A stretch of DNA of 64,000 nt, taken from assembly GCF_009914755.1 (NCBI RefSeq), contig NC_060927.1. One strand, written 5' to 3'. Shown here piece after piece: positions 44,523 to 61,280 of this stretch (its first letter is position 1; each line of letters begins with the position of its first letter). This DNA comes from the human T2T-CHM13v2.0 reference genome, Homo sapiens. A program made the position numbers and the translations under genes. Under the pieces are notes generated by a model that was given only the letters and a program-made list of their open reading frames with translations, had not been told where the DNA came from and searched no databases.

Positions 44523-46229
44523 TTTATGAGTAGAGAAAAAAACTTCACAATCCTTAGGCTGTGTAGAAGCTGGATGTGGCCACTGAAGCAGAAATCAAGA
44601 GCCAAAAGGGGTCAAACAGACATCAGGACAAACAGACCATGGGCAGGAGGAGAAAATAGGGAATAATGGTCAACAAGTAATAATGGTGAACAAAGCTAAA
44701 ATGCACAGACTCCAAAAAAGTAGGCATCGAGGTTGGAGAATCTTACAACCTGTCTTATTTCTTTCCTCCCTTCCTTCAACTATCATTCACTGAGCACATA
44801 CTGTATTCCAGTGCACATTTAGGAACTGGACATTCAGAGGTGGACAGGAACAATGGGGCCAGAGCCCTTGGGAGGCTTGCATCCAAGAGAATCACTGGCA
44901 AGTTAGGGCCTAGGATTACATTCTGGAGCAAGAAAAAGGAAAGTGGACACATGCACAGGCCCAGATAAAACTCTGGTTGCAGCTGAGATGCTATTTCTGC
45001 TGCTGTCTTCCACATGTGGATACCTCCATCTAGGCTTCAAAGGAGCCAAGAATGACTTCTGACCGCAGACAAAAATATTAGGGAATAAGCCATGCTAAAG
45101 AAAGAAAACTCTTCAGAAGGCCACTATGGAAACCCTGATATTGGTAAAACAGCCCTCAGAGAGAGAAAAGTCACTTTTATTAAAAATATAACATGAGGTG
45201 GATAGTGGTGCTTGGCAAACTATTTTTCTCCTCAGGTAAGCAATAGTCTAAGTTGAGGAGGTCAAATAAGATCAACTGAACAGCTCCGTGGAAATCTGTT
45301 GGTAAGTTCATTCTCAGTAGGAGAAAAAAATGGCAGTAATGTCTGCCATGGGTACAGAAAAAATGGCAGCCATTTGGAAACCCATTTGCAATAGCCTAAC
45401 TGCAGGAAAATGTGAAATAAGAGAAGTTTTGACTCCCATTCCTATGGGAGAAATTATTTTGTAGCTGAGAGAAAAACAGAGCCAAAATATAAAACTATAC
45501 TTATTTTTCTTCTTGTGGTCAAACTTATGCCATAAAAACTGCGAATCTTGACATTGGCAAGTACGCATTCCTGAGTGTTGAGCAAAAAAATGAATCAGTT
45601 GACCTAAGCATCTCTTAAATGCAAAGTACAATATTACTTATACAATTTAAAAGTAGATTTTACCATATTATTTATGATCCTGTGAGATTTACTTAAAGTG
45701 TACTGAATGTTTATCATTTGTACATTAAATCTGATAACACCTTTTCTTTGCATTGAATTGCAAATGGCTGTGTTACCTAATGTCGTTCTACTTTGCATAT
45801 GCTCTACTTTATTTACAAACATATTAAAAATATCCACTTATACACATTTATGCTCTCTTTTCAAGGCAATATGGCTAAGCATTTTATTAAAATGTATAAT
45901 TATTGCTAAAAATAATTGTGTTTGTTAGCACATTATGAGAGCATAAAGACTAGTTTTTATTCATTTATTTATTCACTCATTCAACAAATATTTGTGGAAT
46001 ACCTATTAATTGCCAGGTGTGAGAACACTGGGTTAAAAGCTAGATTTATCACCAAAAGTCTGTTTATAAACCTAATTTTCTACTGCAGCCTTATGATGGA
46101 ACCAGTTAACCATGAATTATTTGTACCAAGGTCTAAATAATGAATCAACACAAGACAAAAAAAAACCTTGATGGGACATGAGAACTAAGTTTTGGGGGCA
46201 AAAGCAGAGTTGGGGCAAGGCCAGATTCA

Positions 46230-46595
<366 letters not shown>

Positions 46596-47096
46596 CTATG
46601 AAGACCATGGAAAAATCTAAAGCCAATGACTACAGAAACTTACAAATAGCAAGGAAAGCACACTTTAATCTGTGCTTGGTTTGTGTGAGCAAATTCTCAT
46701 TGACAGAGAACTGTGTTGAAAGCTCTGAGCTCCATTCTCTGAGAGGTGCATCTAGTAGCACCTACAAAGTACTATTTTCAACTACTTGAGACTTTACCAC
46801 TTTGTCACAGAAAGCTAATCCTTCTATAATCTCTGTTTTATGTTTGTTCCTATCAAGTTTCAGTTGATTTCCAATTCAGATGCAGAATTCTGACACTATT
46901 AGAAAAGGTGTGATACGTATTTCTTCTCCCACATTAGACTATGGTACATCTTCTTTGACTCATGACCTAGCATTCACTTAAGCAAACATCCCTATCCTCT
47001 AAGATGCAAAAAACAGAATATTATATCATCAAAGCCAACAAGTTAGAAAAAGGGAGACTTGAAAACAGTAACAAGTTCCAAATTAAAATAAGCTCA

Positions 47097-47558
<462 letters not shown>

Positions 47559-48439
47559 TCAGGCCCTAGAAGCCGACATATATTAACTATCTCAGAAGAG
47601 ATAGAACTATGTATCAGTAAGTCAATTACTTTTTTATGAGAAGAAATGGTCAATATCCTTACATCTCCTTTCCCAATTTCAAGGTATTTCTAAATCTCAT
47701 CAACAGTTTTTTTGGGGATCACAAACTAAAAATAACAAAAGTCAAAGTTTCTTGATGAGTCTTTTATTCAGGCCTGGTGATATGACCATTCCATGTCATT
47801 AAACTCTCATGCCTAGCAGGTGGGGCTGTGGGGCTCTGAATAAGGCTTCATTTCCAAGTCCTACAGTTTTAAGAGTCAAGAATGAATACTGGAATGGTGT
47901 TGAGCTGACCCAGAAACTAGTTTGTATGAAGCAAGTAGAGAGATAAAGATGGAGGTTTTCAAAAGGAAAGTCATAACTGAGAAAAAGGAATAATTAATCT
48001 TTGAATAGACAGGAAATAAAGTCCAGAGGGAGACTCAAAGTGCTGGGTTAGAGTCCAGGACTCTTTCCTGGGGGCACTTATGGGCCTCATCAATAAATGG
48101 AAAAGATCTGTCGAGGTTGCCAAGTAGTTCAGATACATGACACGGGAATTCCATTGACTGGAAACTTTGTGCTCCTGGAGTCTGTTGGATTAAAACTGAC
48201 AGACTTACCTTCTGTTTTATTAAAGTCTGAAAATCACTACCTTTCTTTATACAACCTATGAATTTTATTAAACATTAATGGCAAGGCCGAAGTACCAAAA
48301 AGGATGGACCTGACAAGCTGCTTGCTCAGTTTTACTATGCAATGCTGATGACATGAAAAAATAGATGATAAAAGTATTTAGTAGTATATTCTCATAGGCA
48401 TTTTAAAGATTATGGATTAAGCCCAATACAGCACACAGA

Positions 48440-49385
48440 TTATCTCTGCTAGATGTTCTGTGTTTGCCCCTCAGCATCCACTCTGTACCTCATCCACTCT
48501 ACCCTGTGCTGCAGGAAGCTGACATTTATGGATACATCAACCAGGTTAGCTCCTCTTCTGCCTTCCACTTCTGTCTGGCAGATGGGAACTACTAGCAGTA
48601 AATCAGAAAGTGGAAGAAGGATGAGATTATAGCAGCATAATTGAAAGACTGTGGCCTCAGAACTTATTAATACCCTTAAAAATTGTGTTCATTGATAAGA
48701 GAAACTAAGACAAAAATTATATCTATTGATTTTACCATATGAGAAATTAAAACAGAAAAATTTACATTGATATAATTTATTTTAAAAAACAAACTCATTG
48801 TACATTAATATAAATAACATGTTTATATGAAAAGTAACTCTATTTTCCCACACAATAGCAATTAAATTGGCATTGTTTTATGTTTTTGCAAATCTTCTTA
48901 ATACCTAGCTTAATATAAAACAGCAGGATTTTCATATCTACTTCTGCATTCAATCCGTTGCAATATTACATCATGTGGTCCCTGGAAAACTCCACCATAC
49001 TCTCATGAGAACATTAGAGAAAATAAGGCAAATAACATCTCAGTATTAGTATAAAGATATTTTTGAAAATAGTTATCAGAGGTCTTGAGAACATCCAGGA
49101 GTCCCCAAAAAAACTGCTGGTTAGACTATGCCCCTGGGTCCGCTCTGCCAAGCTGCAAGTTGGCAGTGGCAATGTTCCCTTATCAAAACTGCATCTCCTA
49201 TTGGGCAGCCAACCCTCTCCTATAGTTATAGGATAAATATTCCATCCCCTAGCCCTCTCTCCAAACCCCGGGGGTGATAAAGGCTCCCTGTTGTTGCTAG
49301 TCCTAGGGTGTTTCAAGATTCCTTGACTTGCCTTAATCTTGCCCATACCTTTGTAAGTAGGCCCTTAATTAAACTCTCCTCAATC
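48440..49385. mobile_element. Old ERVL LTR (LTR33-like) split by MER119
   Basis: ccctgtgctgcaggaagctgac...; continuation ctgcaagttggcagtggc...ttaaactctcctcaa. Confidence 0.5.
48633..49120 (+). mobile_element. MER119-like (hAT-Charlie) element
   Basis: tttttgcaaatc...cttctgcattcaatccgttgcaatat...ctggaaaactccac...aaggcaaataacatct. Confidence 0.7.
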
Positions 49386-49399
49386 TTTTGTATGTATGC

Positions 49400-49980
49400 C
49401 GGTGGTAGACAGATGTAAGTTGGACCTCAATGATCTCCATCTCCTAGTATGTGCCTTTGTGTAATCTCATCCTCTTGAGTGAGGGAGGACTTGTGACTTG
49501 CTTCTAACCCACAGAATGTGGCAAAGATGATGAGACTTCACTTCCATAGTTTTATTGTGTTGTGCAAGACTCTGTCTTGCTAACAGATGCATTCTAGTGA
49601 TGGACTTGCTGACTTGATGAAGTAAGTGACCATGTTTGGAGATGTGGCCATATGTCAAGGAGCTGTAGGCAGCCTCCAGAAGTACAAGGCAACTTCTAGC
49701 CAACAGCCAGCAAGATGCTGGACCTCAGTCCTGCAGCCACAAGTGAATAAAATGTGCCAACAATGTGACAGAACTTGAAAGCAATTCTTTCCCAGTTGAC
49801 TCTCCAGATAAAAACACAGCCTCATCAATACTTTGATTGCAACCCTAATAAGACTCAAAGAGAGGAGCTGCCAAAAATGTACCCAGATTCCCTGATTCAC
49901 AGAAACTGTGAGATACTAAATGCATATTGTTTTAAGGTGCTAAATTTGTGGTAATTTTTTACACAACAATAGATAACACA
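49400..49980 (+). mobile_element. MLT1E/F-type MaLR LTR
   Basis: cttgtgacttgcttctaacc...cacagaaactgtgagat...ttttaaggtgctaaatttgtggtaat...aatagataacaca. Confidence 0.85.
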
Positions 49981-50259
49981 GTGCCATTTTCTCCCTAAAA
50001 CCCTAACTCAATACACACCAATTAAAAAAAAATTCTTTTTACCACTGTCTTCCTATTTTTATCAGCCTTTCCATTTATTTACATATTACCTAATGTCTAC
50101 AAAGCCACTAGCAACTAAAAATGTGAAGAAGTATGTAGTGATGTTGGAGTTAAGCATTTTAATCATTTAAAATCTTGCTCCAGTTGACTTTTTCCTGAGT
50201 TGAAAAAATTTAGTATATACTAGTCATACAAGCAAGGCCCATTTGTTTTTAACTTAACA

Positions 50260-52160
50260 ATTATTCATTATTCATTTACTCAACACATATTTATTGAAGG
50301 CTTACTTTAGATCAGGAAGTATTATAGGAACTGTGAATGCAGGAGTGAACAAAACAAGCCAGCTAATCTCATAGAATTAATGTTCTACCAGATGGAGACA
50401 GGCAGTAAACAAGAAAAATAGGTAAACTATATAACACATTGGAAACTGATCAATACAGTCAAAGAAACAATGTCATACAAGGAAGGAGCATAGGGTGCAT
50501 TGGGGTGAGGAAAGAGGTACAATTTTAAATTAGTTGGCCAGGGAAGTATTATCTGAGAAGAAGACATCTGAGTAAAGTCCTGCAAGGAGGTAATAAAGGA
50601 GCCACGAGAAATCTGTAGGAAGAACAATCCAGGAAGACCAAATAGCAAGTGCAACAGCCCAGAGATGGTAGCACATCTGGTGTGGCTGAGCAAGGGTAAG
50701 AGTAATGGAGTTACAATCTGTAAAAGGGGAATGGAGATCAAATAGGGCATTTAGGTCATTGAAAGGACATTGACTTTTACTCCAAATGACACAGGAAGCC
50801 ATTGAAAGGTTTTGAGCAGAAGTATGATATGACTTGACATGTATTTTTAAATGCATCACTGGCTGCTGGGTTGAGATAGTCTACAGGGGACCAAAGAGGG
50901 AGCAGGGAAATGTTTAGGAAGTAAAGGCAATAATTTAGGCAATGGATGATGTTGGGTAAACCTGAATGATAACAGTAAAGGTGATGGGATTTCTAGACTG
51001 AGCAGCAGGGTTTGCTGGTAGACTGGTTGTTGGTGGAGAAGGTGGCAAACGTGTGAGAAAAAGAGAGTTGCCAAAGATGACTCCACCTTTTTTGGCTTGA
51101 GCAACTGGAAGGGTAGAGGTGGCATCAGTTGAGCTGGGAAAGGGTGTAGAAAGGGTAGGTTTGAGAAATAGTCAGAGAGAAGTTTGGATATGTTAAGTTT
51201 GAAATATCCATTAGATGTCCATATGGAGATGTTAAATGCTCACTTGTATATATGAGAATGAACCTCAGCACTATCGGCATTGGGCCAGGTAATTTTTTGT
51301 TGTTGAGTGTCGTCCTGTGCATTGTTAGATGTTTAGTGACATCTTTGCCCTATGCCCACTAGATGCAAGTAGCACCTTTCCCCCCATCCTCCAGTTGTGA
51401 CAGCCAAAAAGGCTCCAGGCATCCCTAAGTATCCCCCAGGTTCAGGGGTGAGGGACATAATTGTCCTGAAGTAAGAACCACTGTAATGAAATGAAGTTAT
51501 GAAGAGAAGTCTGGCTGAAGATATAAATTTGAAAGTCATCAGCATAAAGGTGATATTTGAAAGCATTAGACCAGTTGATAGCACCAAAGTGTAGCAGAAA
51601 GAAAAAGAGGTTAAAGAACTCCAATATCTGGAAGTCAAAGAAATGAGGAGGGACCAGCAGAGGTTCAGCAAAAGAAACATATAAGGAGCAGTCATGTGTG
51701 AGGAAAACTAAGAGACTGTAATGTCAAGCATGGGGGAAAAGATGTGCACAAAAGAGAGAATGTACAACTGTGTCAAATACTGTTGATAAATCAAGTAAAA
51801 TAAGAACTGAGAGTTAATCGTTGGGCTTAACACAAAGGTTACTGATCATGACATTATCTATTTCTGGAGTAAATGGAGCAAAAATACATCCTAATTGATT
51901 TCAGAAAGAACAAATTATAGACATTGACTAAAACCATATAAAAATAATGATAGATGTTGACTATTTTTTCAATGAGTTTGCTATGAAGGGAAAGAGGGAA
52001 ATCAGGCATCAACTAGAAGGATAAATGAAATGATGGGGAAAACAGAAGAGCATGTTTTGGTACTGATGCAAAGAAAAATTCAGTTCAAAGAAAAAAATTT
52101 GAAGCTGCAGAAGAGAGGAGAAAATTATTAGAGTGATATCATTGGATAAGCAAGAGATAA
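50260..52160 (-). mobile_element. L2a LINE (~1.7 kb), interrupted by MER20; retains the RT motif
   Basis: cattcatttactcaacacatatttattga tail; minus-strand peptide FKYHLYADDFQIY (within 51442..51624). Confidence 0.88.
51258..51483 (-). mobile_element. MER20 (hAT-Charlie)
   Basis: gtcctgtgcattgttagatgtttag...cccactagatgcaagtagcac...ccagttgtgacagcc...agaaccactg. Confidence 0.85.
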
Positions 52161-52234
52161 TTGACCATGACATGTAAGTCATAATATATACATGTCAGTA
52201 TATATAGTAGATGCCAAGGATGTTAAGTTTGAGA

Positions 52235-52643
52235 TGCATATAGCAAATGCCCATGTTCTCTTGGCACTCTCCATCCTATACATGCCACAGCTCCTACCTC
52301 ACGCACAACATGAGGGCCTTCACTAACTGGAAGAGCAAGTTTAGTCCACAGGTGTTGACCTCATCTCTTCCAAGCGGCCCTCAGCCAATGACAGATGGGT
52401 ACTGGATATAAATACCTAAGGAAGTTTCTGTACCATCTCTTAGAGGTCTCCAGTAGACCTGGGCTCCAGTTGTCCATGGCAGCAATCTGCTCATTAGCAC
52501 ACATTTCACTTGCTGCTTTCCCTTCTCTGTCTGACTTCATCTGCTGATAGCGCTAGTGCTTCCCGGGATCACCTCCCAAATAAGCTACCTACACTCAGAC
52601 CCTTGTCTCGGTGCCTGTATCTGGGGAAACCCCACCCAAGACA
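52235..52643 (+). mobile_element. LTR16-family (ERVL) solo LTR
   Basis: ccctcagccaatgacagatggg...aataagctacctacactcagacccttgtctc...ggggaaaccccacccaagaca. Confidence 0.75.
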
Positions 52644-53440
52644 GTGTAAACTCAAATGATTTTTAACTAAGCCCTACCTACTAGTTAGTAGTACAGTCCT
52701 TCCTGTAAGAAAAATTGTCATTCCAGGCTAACTTCAAACAATGCCTTTCTGCCTTAACAAATTTCAATCCAGACTATAACACAATGGATTATTTATCTTG
52801 ACTAAAATGGCCCCATATCTGTGCTTGAGTGTCAGTCTTTGTCACATCAGTGTGATAGCACTAAGTGTTTAGCTCGAATAAAGTGGTTCCCCGTCCTTTG
52901 ATAATACAACATGGGTCCAGAGTTCTCTTCGCTACAATTTTCAGCTCCATCAAGAGTAGCCTAAGACATCTCAGAATTCCCAGAGATTTTCAAAGTGTGT
53001 TTCATTTATTCTATTATGCACTCATTCTGCCTTGTCCGTTTGAACTGGATTCACCAGGGAATACAATTTAGTTAGCCATTTTTTTTTCTTTTTGCACTCT
53101 CTAGCCTGCCATTTTATTTTTACTTTAAATTGCGCTGCTTCCTCATTCTTCACCCACTCCACCTCACTCAACCTACACTTAAAATCTCATAGAGTTGGAC
53201 AACTATAATGTAGTTCCTTCTCTTTTCTTAACACCTGAAATTTCAGTTTGCATAGTTAGGTAATACCAATATTTATGTAGTGCTTCATACGTGCCAGACA
53301 CTGTTTTAAATGAATCAATTTTTTCTTCACATCAACAGGTACTATTATTATCTCCATTTTACAAAATTGAATTACTACTGATTTTAATTGGGATTTTGAA
53401 TTTCATAGCACCTCAGGGCTAGAACTAACCTTGAAAGTTT

Positions 53441-55264
<1,824 letters not shown>

Positions 55265-55507
55265 TAGGTAAGCTTTTCTTGATAGAGATGTGTCCAAGCA
55301 CCTCTAGGATAATTATAGACCTAAATCTTATTAATAGCCTGCAGATTTCTGTAAGACTTAGCCTGGCCTTTCTGTCCTGCCAATCTGCCATAAATGCTCC
55401 TTTGCTCTAACGCTTCAGTCACAGTGGCCTCATTCTGTTTCTCCAGTGAGAGAAGCTCCCTCAATTTCAGGATTTTGATCAATGCTTTCCCCTCTGCCTG
55501 CCACTCT

Positions 55508-55942
55508 GTAGTAGACATAATAATAGCCTGCAAAGAAGTCCATGTCCTAATCTTCAAAATCTGTGACTATGTTACTTCATGTGACAAAGGGACTTTAAAA
55601 TATGATTAAGCATCCTGAAATGGGAAGTTTATCTTGGATTATTCAGGTGGGGCCAATGTAACCACCAGAGTCCTTATGAGAGGGAGGCAGGAGAATTAGA
55701 GTCAGTAAAGAAGATATGATCACAGAAGTAGTGGTCAGAGTGTTGCCATCACTAGAAGAGAGACTTTAGCCCTGGGATGTGAGCAGTCTCTAGAAGCTGA
55801 AAAAACAAGGAAACAGATTCTCTCCTAGAGCCCCCAGAAAGAATGCAGCCCTGCTGATCCATTTTAGAATCTAAACTCCATAACTGTAAGATAATAAATT
55901 TGTATTCATTTATGCCACTACGTTTGTGATAATTTGTTACAG
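55508..55942 (+). mobile_element. MLT1D-like LTR nested in an L2 (55340-56285, plus strand)
   Basis: gtccatgtcctaatc...ttggattattcaggtggggccaatgtaa...tttgttacagcagcaatagaaac. Confidence 0.85.
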
Positions 55943-56416
55943 CAGCAATAGAAACAAAAACACTCTATTTCACCCATCTCCCCTCTTCATTTTCCCTCTT
56001 ACTAGTCTTTTAGACTAATAAGACTAAATATCTCTTCCTCAAGGACACTACCTTTATCACATAAACTCACCAAGAAATGCCCCTGTTACATTTTCAAAGC
56101 ATTCCATACTTTCCCTTCATGATACTCAACAATACTGTTTGATTATTTAATTAATATCTTTGTAACCTACCAGACCACAATTTCCATGAGGGTAGAGTCT
56201 ATTATGTTTTTTTCTCATCATTATATTCCAGGCATCTCACACAGTAATATCACAAGCAGTCAATAAAGTGTTGTTTAATGAATAATTAAATAAGCAAAGT
56301 AATTAATATAGGATCTGAAAATGATTTGATAGCTCTAAGGCATGTAAAGATTATTGTTATAACTAACTGGTTAGCCCTCCAAACGAGAATCAATGCTATA
56401 TACCAAGGGTACCCTA

Positions 56417-59400
56417 GGAGGGCAGGGCCAAGATGGCTGACTAGAAGCAGCCTCTGACCATCAGAGGCTCCCATTGAAAAGAACCATAATACTGTGTGAA
56501 TCCCGCACTGTCAACCAAGGTATCCAGGTTCTCCCAACAGGAATGATTAGGCAGCTGCTGTGATCCACAGAGAGGAAAAAAGAGCAGTGTGGTGTGGCAG
56601 CCCACCTGAGAGCCACACAGGTCAGGGGAGCCCTTACCCCCCAGCTAAGGGAGGTGGTGAGTGAGCATGCTACCCAGCCAGGGAAACTGTGCTTTTTATA
56701 TAGAACTGTGTAACCCCTGGATCAGAAGATCCCACTTGCAAACCCATGCCATTGGGGCCTAGGGTCCCAACTCTGGAGCCATGCAGATTCTCAACAGCCT
56801 CTAAACTAGAATATGCTTAAGCCTGCTGAGTTCACAGCGGGGAGGGGGCAACCAGTACCACATCTGTGGCTTCCTGCTCTCTAAGCCATTTCAGCTTCTT
56901 GGGGAAGGGACAGCAGCCAGCACTGGGACTCATAACTACCTAACATGATAAGCTCCCTGCACTGGGGAAAGGCAGCATGCATCTCTATAGCTCCAGGCCA
57001 CACTTTTCCTCTGTTGGAGCCAGTGAGGCTGGACAACTTGGTCCCAAGAGGTGTCCCCCACAGCCCAACATACCAGCTGTGGCAGACTGTGGCCAGAATG
57101 CCTCTTTAGGACTGACCCTGACCCATCCTTCCACACTGGAATGGACCTCCCTGCAAGAAATCTAACAACTCCAGCCAGAGGCTCAGGGACAGAACCCTTA
57201 TCTCCCTGGGCCTGAGCCCCTAGTGGGAGGGGCAGCTGCAGTCTCTGTGGACCAGCAGACTTAGCCTTTCCTCCTCGTAGTTCTGAGGAATCCAGGCAGC
57301 CCAGACAAGTGGGTTCCCTCCAGAGAAACACACTCCCTCCACCAAGGGACAGTCAAAGTGCTTCGTTAAATAGGTCCTGTTCCCTATGCCACCTGACCGG
57401 GTGAGACCCTCCAACAGGAGTTGTCAGACACCCTATACAGGAACAATCCTACTGGCATCAGATTGGTGCCTCTCAAGGTCAGAGATTCCAGAAGAAGGGG
57501 AAGGCACCCATCTTTGCTCTTCTCCAGCCTCGAGTGACATCTCCAGGTGTGGGAGCAAATCAGACGAATAGGGCCTGAAGTGAACCCCCTGCAAATTTTG
57601 GCAGCCCTACAGAAGAGGGACCTGACCATTGAAAGGAAAACAAACAAACAGAAAGCAATAACAACAGCATCATCAACAACAAAAACGTCCCCACAAAAAA
57701 CCCATCCAAGAGTCATCAGTCCTAAAGATCGAAACTGACAAACTCATGAAGATGAGAATCAATGAAAAACTGCTGAAAACCCAAAAGACTCTTCACCTCC
57801 AAAAGATCTCAGTACCTGGCCAGCAAGGGCACAGAACTGGATGGAGGATGAGATGGATGAATTGACAGAAGCAGGCTTCAGAAGATGGGTAATTAAAAAC
57901 TCCACTGAACTAAAAGAGCATGTTCTATCCCAATGAAAACAAGCTAAGAACTTTGATAAAATGTAAGAGGAGCTGCTAACTGGAATAACCACTTTAGAGA
58001 GGAACATAAATGACTTCTTGGAGCTGAAAAACACAGCACAAGAATTTTGTGAAGCATACACAAGTATCAATAGCTGAACTGAACAAGCAGAAGAAAGGAT
58101 AGCAGAGTTTGAAGACCACCTTGCCAAAATAAGGCATGCAGACAAGATTAGAAAAAAAAAAAATGAAAAAGAATGAACAAAGCCTGCAAGAAATACGGGA
58201 CTATGTAAAAAGACCAAACCTACAATTGATTGGAGTACCTGAAGGAGACAAGGAGAATGGTTACAAGCTGGAAAACACACTTCAGTATATTATCCAGGAG
58301 AACTTCCCCAACCTAGCAAGACAGGCCAACATGCAAATTCAGAAAATACAGAGAACACCACTAAGAGACTCCATGAGAAGATCAACCCCAAGACACATAA
58401 TCATCAGATTCTCCAAGGTCGAAATGAAGGAAAAAATGTTAAGGGCAGCCAGAGAGAAAGGCCAGGTCACCTACAAAGCAAAGCCCATCAGACTAACAGT
58501 GGGTCTCTCAGCAGAAACCCTACATACCAGAAGAGATTGGGAGCCAATATTCAACATTCCTAAGGAAAAGAATTTTCAATCCAGAATTTCATATTCAGCC
58601 AAACTAAGCTTCATAAGCAAAGGAGAAATAAAATCCTTTCCAGACAAGCAAATGCTAAGGAATTTTGTCACCACCAGGCCTGCCTTCCAAAAGCTCCTGA
58701 AGAAAGCACTAAATATAAAAAATGAAAAACCAGTAGCAGCCACTGCAAAAACACACCAAAATATAAAGACCAATGACACTATGAAGAAACTGCATCAACT
58801 AATGGGCAAAATAACCAGATAGCACCATGATGACAGGATCAAATTCACGCATAACAATAGTTACCTTAAATGTACATGGGCTAAATGCCACAATTAAAAG
58901 ACACAGACTGGCAAATTGAATAAAGAGTCAAGACCCATTGGTGTGCTGTATTCAGGAGACCCATCTCATGTGCAAAGACACACATAGGCTCAAAATAAAG
59001 AGATAGAGGACAATTTACCAAGCAAATGGAAATACAAAAAAAGGAGGGGTTGCAATCCTAGTCTCTGACAAAACATTTTAAGCCAACAAAGATCAAAAAA
59101 GACTAAGAAGGGCATTACATAATGGTAAAAGGATCCATTCAACAAGAAGAGCTAACTAGTCTAAATATATATGCACCCAATACAGGAGCACCCAGATTCA
59201 TAAACCAAGTTCTTAGGGACATACAAAGAGACTTAGGCTCCCACACAATAATAGTGGGAGACTTTAACACCCCACTGTCAATATTATACAGATCAATGAG
59301 ATAGAAAATTAACAAGGATATTCAGGACTTGAACTCAGCTCTGGATTAAGTGGACCTAACAGACATCTACAGAACTCTTCACCCCAAAGCAACAGAATAT

Positions 59401-59928
59401 ACATTTTTCTCAGTGCCACGTGGCATTTATTCTAAAATCAACCACATAACTGGAAGTAAAACACTCCTCAGCAAATGCAGAAGAATGGAAATCATAAACA
59501 ATCTCTCAGACCACAGTGCAATCAAATTAGAACTCAGGATTAAGAAACTCACTAAAAAACAGACAATTACATGGAAATTGAACAACCTGCTCCTGAATGA
59601 CTCCTGGGTAAATAATGAAATTAAGGCAGAAATCAAGAAGTTCTATGAAATTGATGAGAACAAAGAGACAATGTACCAGAATCTCTGGGACACAGCTAAA
59701 GCAGTGTTAAGAGGGAAACTGATGGCACTGAATACCCATATCAGAAAGTTAAGAAAGATCTCAACTGGACACCCTAACATCACAATTAAAAGAGCTAGAG
59801 AAACAAGAGCAAACTAATCCAAACGCTAATAGAAGACAAGACATAACTAAGATCAGAGTAGCACACGTATAACTATGTAACCAACCTGCATGTTCTGTAT
59901 GTGTATCCCAAAACTTAAAGTAAAATTT
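56417..59928 (+). mobile_element. L1PA8-like LINE-1: complete 5'UTR, ORF1 and EN domain, joined directly to the terminal ~70 bp
   Basis: Starts ggagggcagggccaagatggc; ORF1 peptide at 58136..58822; ORF2 ATG near 58830; junction at 59860/59861. Confidence 0.92.
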
Positions 59929-59949
59929 TGTTAAAAGGCACCTTGTCTA

Positions 59950-60371
<422 letters not shown>

Positions 60372-60479
60372 TCAATGTTTCTGTTTCTAAATTGTGTATT
60401 TTTCTTGTTTCCACCAATTCAAATAAATGAAAATTTTGAAAAGAACGTTAGTTCTGTAACTGCTTTAATAACTCTATTA

Positions 60480-60830
60480 GTCAAGATAATCCCTGCTATT
60501 TAGTAAAAAAAATCCCCAAGTCTCACCAGTTTTATACACAGATAAAATTATTTCCTGTGCTTACAAAGGCTGAAGAGAGTCAGCAGAGTTGTTCTCTGTC
60601 TGTGATTCAAGAATTCAGAGTCCTTTCACCCTGTGATGCCACCATTTCAACCTCTGACTTCCAAGGCTATTGTGTCAGGCAAAGTACAAAGAACTCGTAG
60701 TTCTTGACTGCCTTGGTCCAGAGGTGACACAAATCCTTCCACTCACAAGACATTGGCCAGAACTTGAAACTTGGCCCAACCTAACTACAAGGTAGTCTGG
60801 GAAATTTAAGGGGACACCGGGAATATTTGG
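60480..60830 (-). mobile_element. Old MLT1-type LTR fragment
   Basis: gaggtgacac...ttccactcac...cattggccagaact...ggtagtctgggaaat. Confidence 0.55.
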
Positions 60831-61063
60831 TAAGCATCATTTTCTTTTCTACAATAGTTATAAATGTTTTTGGCAATGTTTCACTATTTATAAGTGAAAC
60901 AAAATGTTGCTTCTCCAAGTATATTTTAATGCACATAGAAAATTCCAGCTCTTCAAAGAAGTACAGTGACACATTTGTAAACAGTCTTTTTGAATAATCA
61001 TTTCAAATTTTTCTCTTTTAATGAAAGATGTGTTCATATTGGCTTTTCTTAAAATAGCATATG

Positions 61064-61280
61064 CAGAGATGTGCTGGAGCTGGCTCGCACTAGTTCTGAA
61101 GCTGATTTTGCACCTCTTCGTAACTCCCAACTTCGTGTTAGGTGATATCGTAATGGTAGCTTGAACGTGGTCACAAGTGAAAGTATTTACACCATGGAAA
61201 TCAGCAAATGCAACAAATCAGGACTTTTGTTTGTTTTTCAAAGAGTCAGTTGTTAAACATTTGCTAGCATGCTACTATGT
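61064..61280 (+). mobile_element. MER63A (hAT-Blackjack)
   Basis: tgtgctggagctggctcgc...tatttacaccatggaaatcagcaaatgc...gttgttaaacatttgctagca. Confidence 0.8.

Noticed and set aside
58136-58822. 228-aa ORF, the longest in the window
   Set aside because: It is the C-terminal remnant of L1 ORF1p. Upstream ORF1 has stops and frameshifts, so it is not a host gene.
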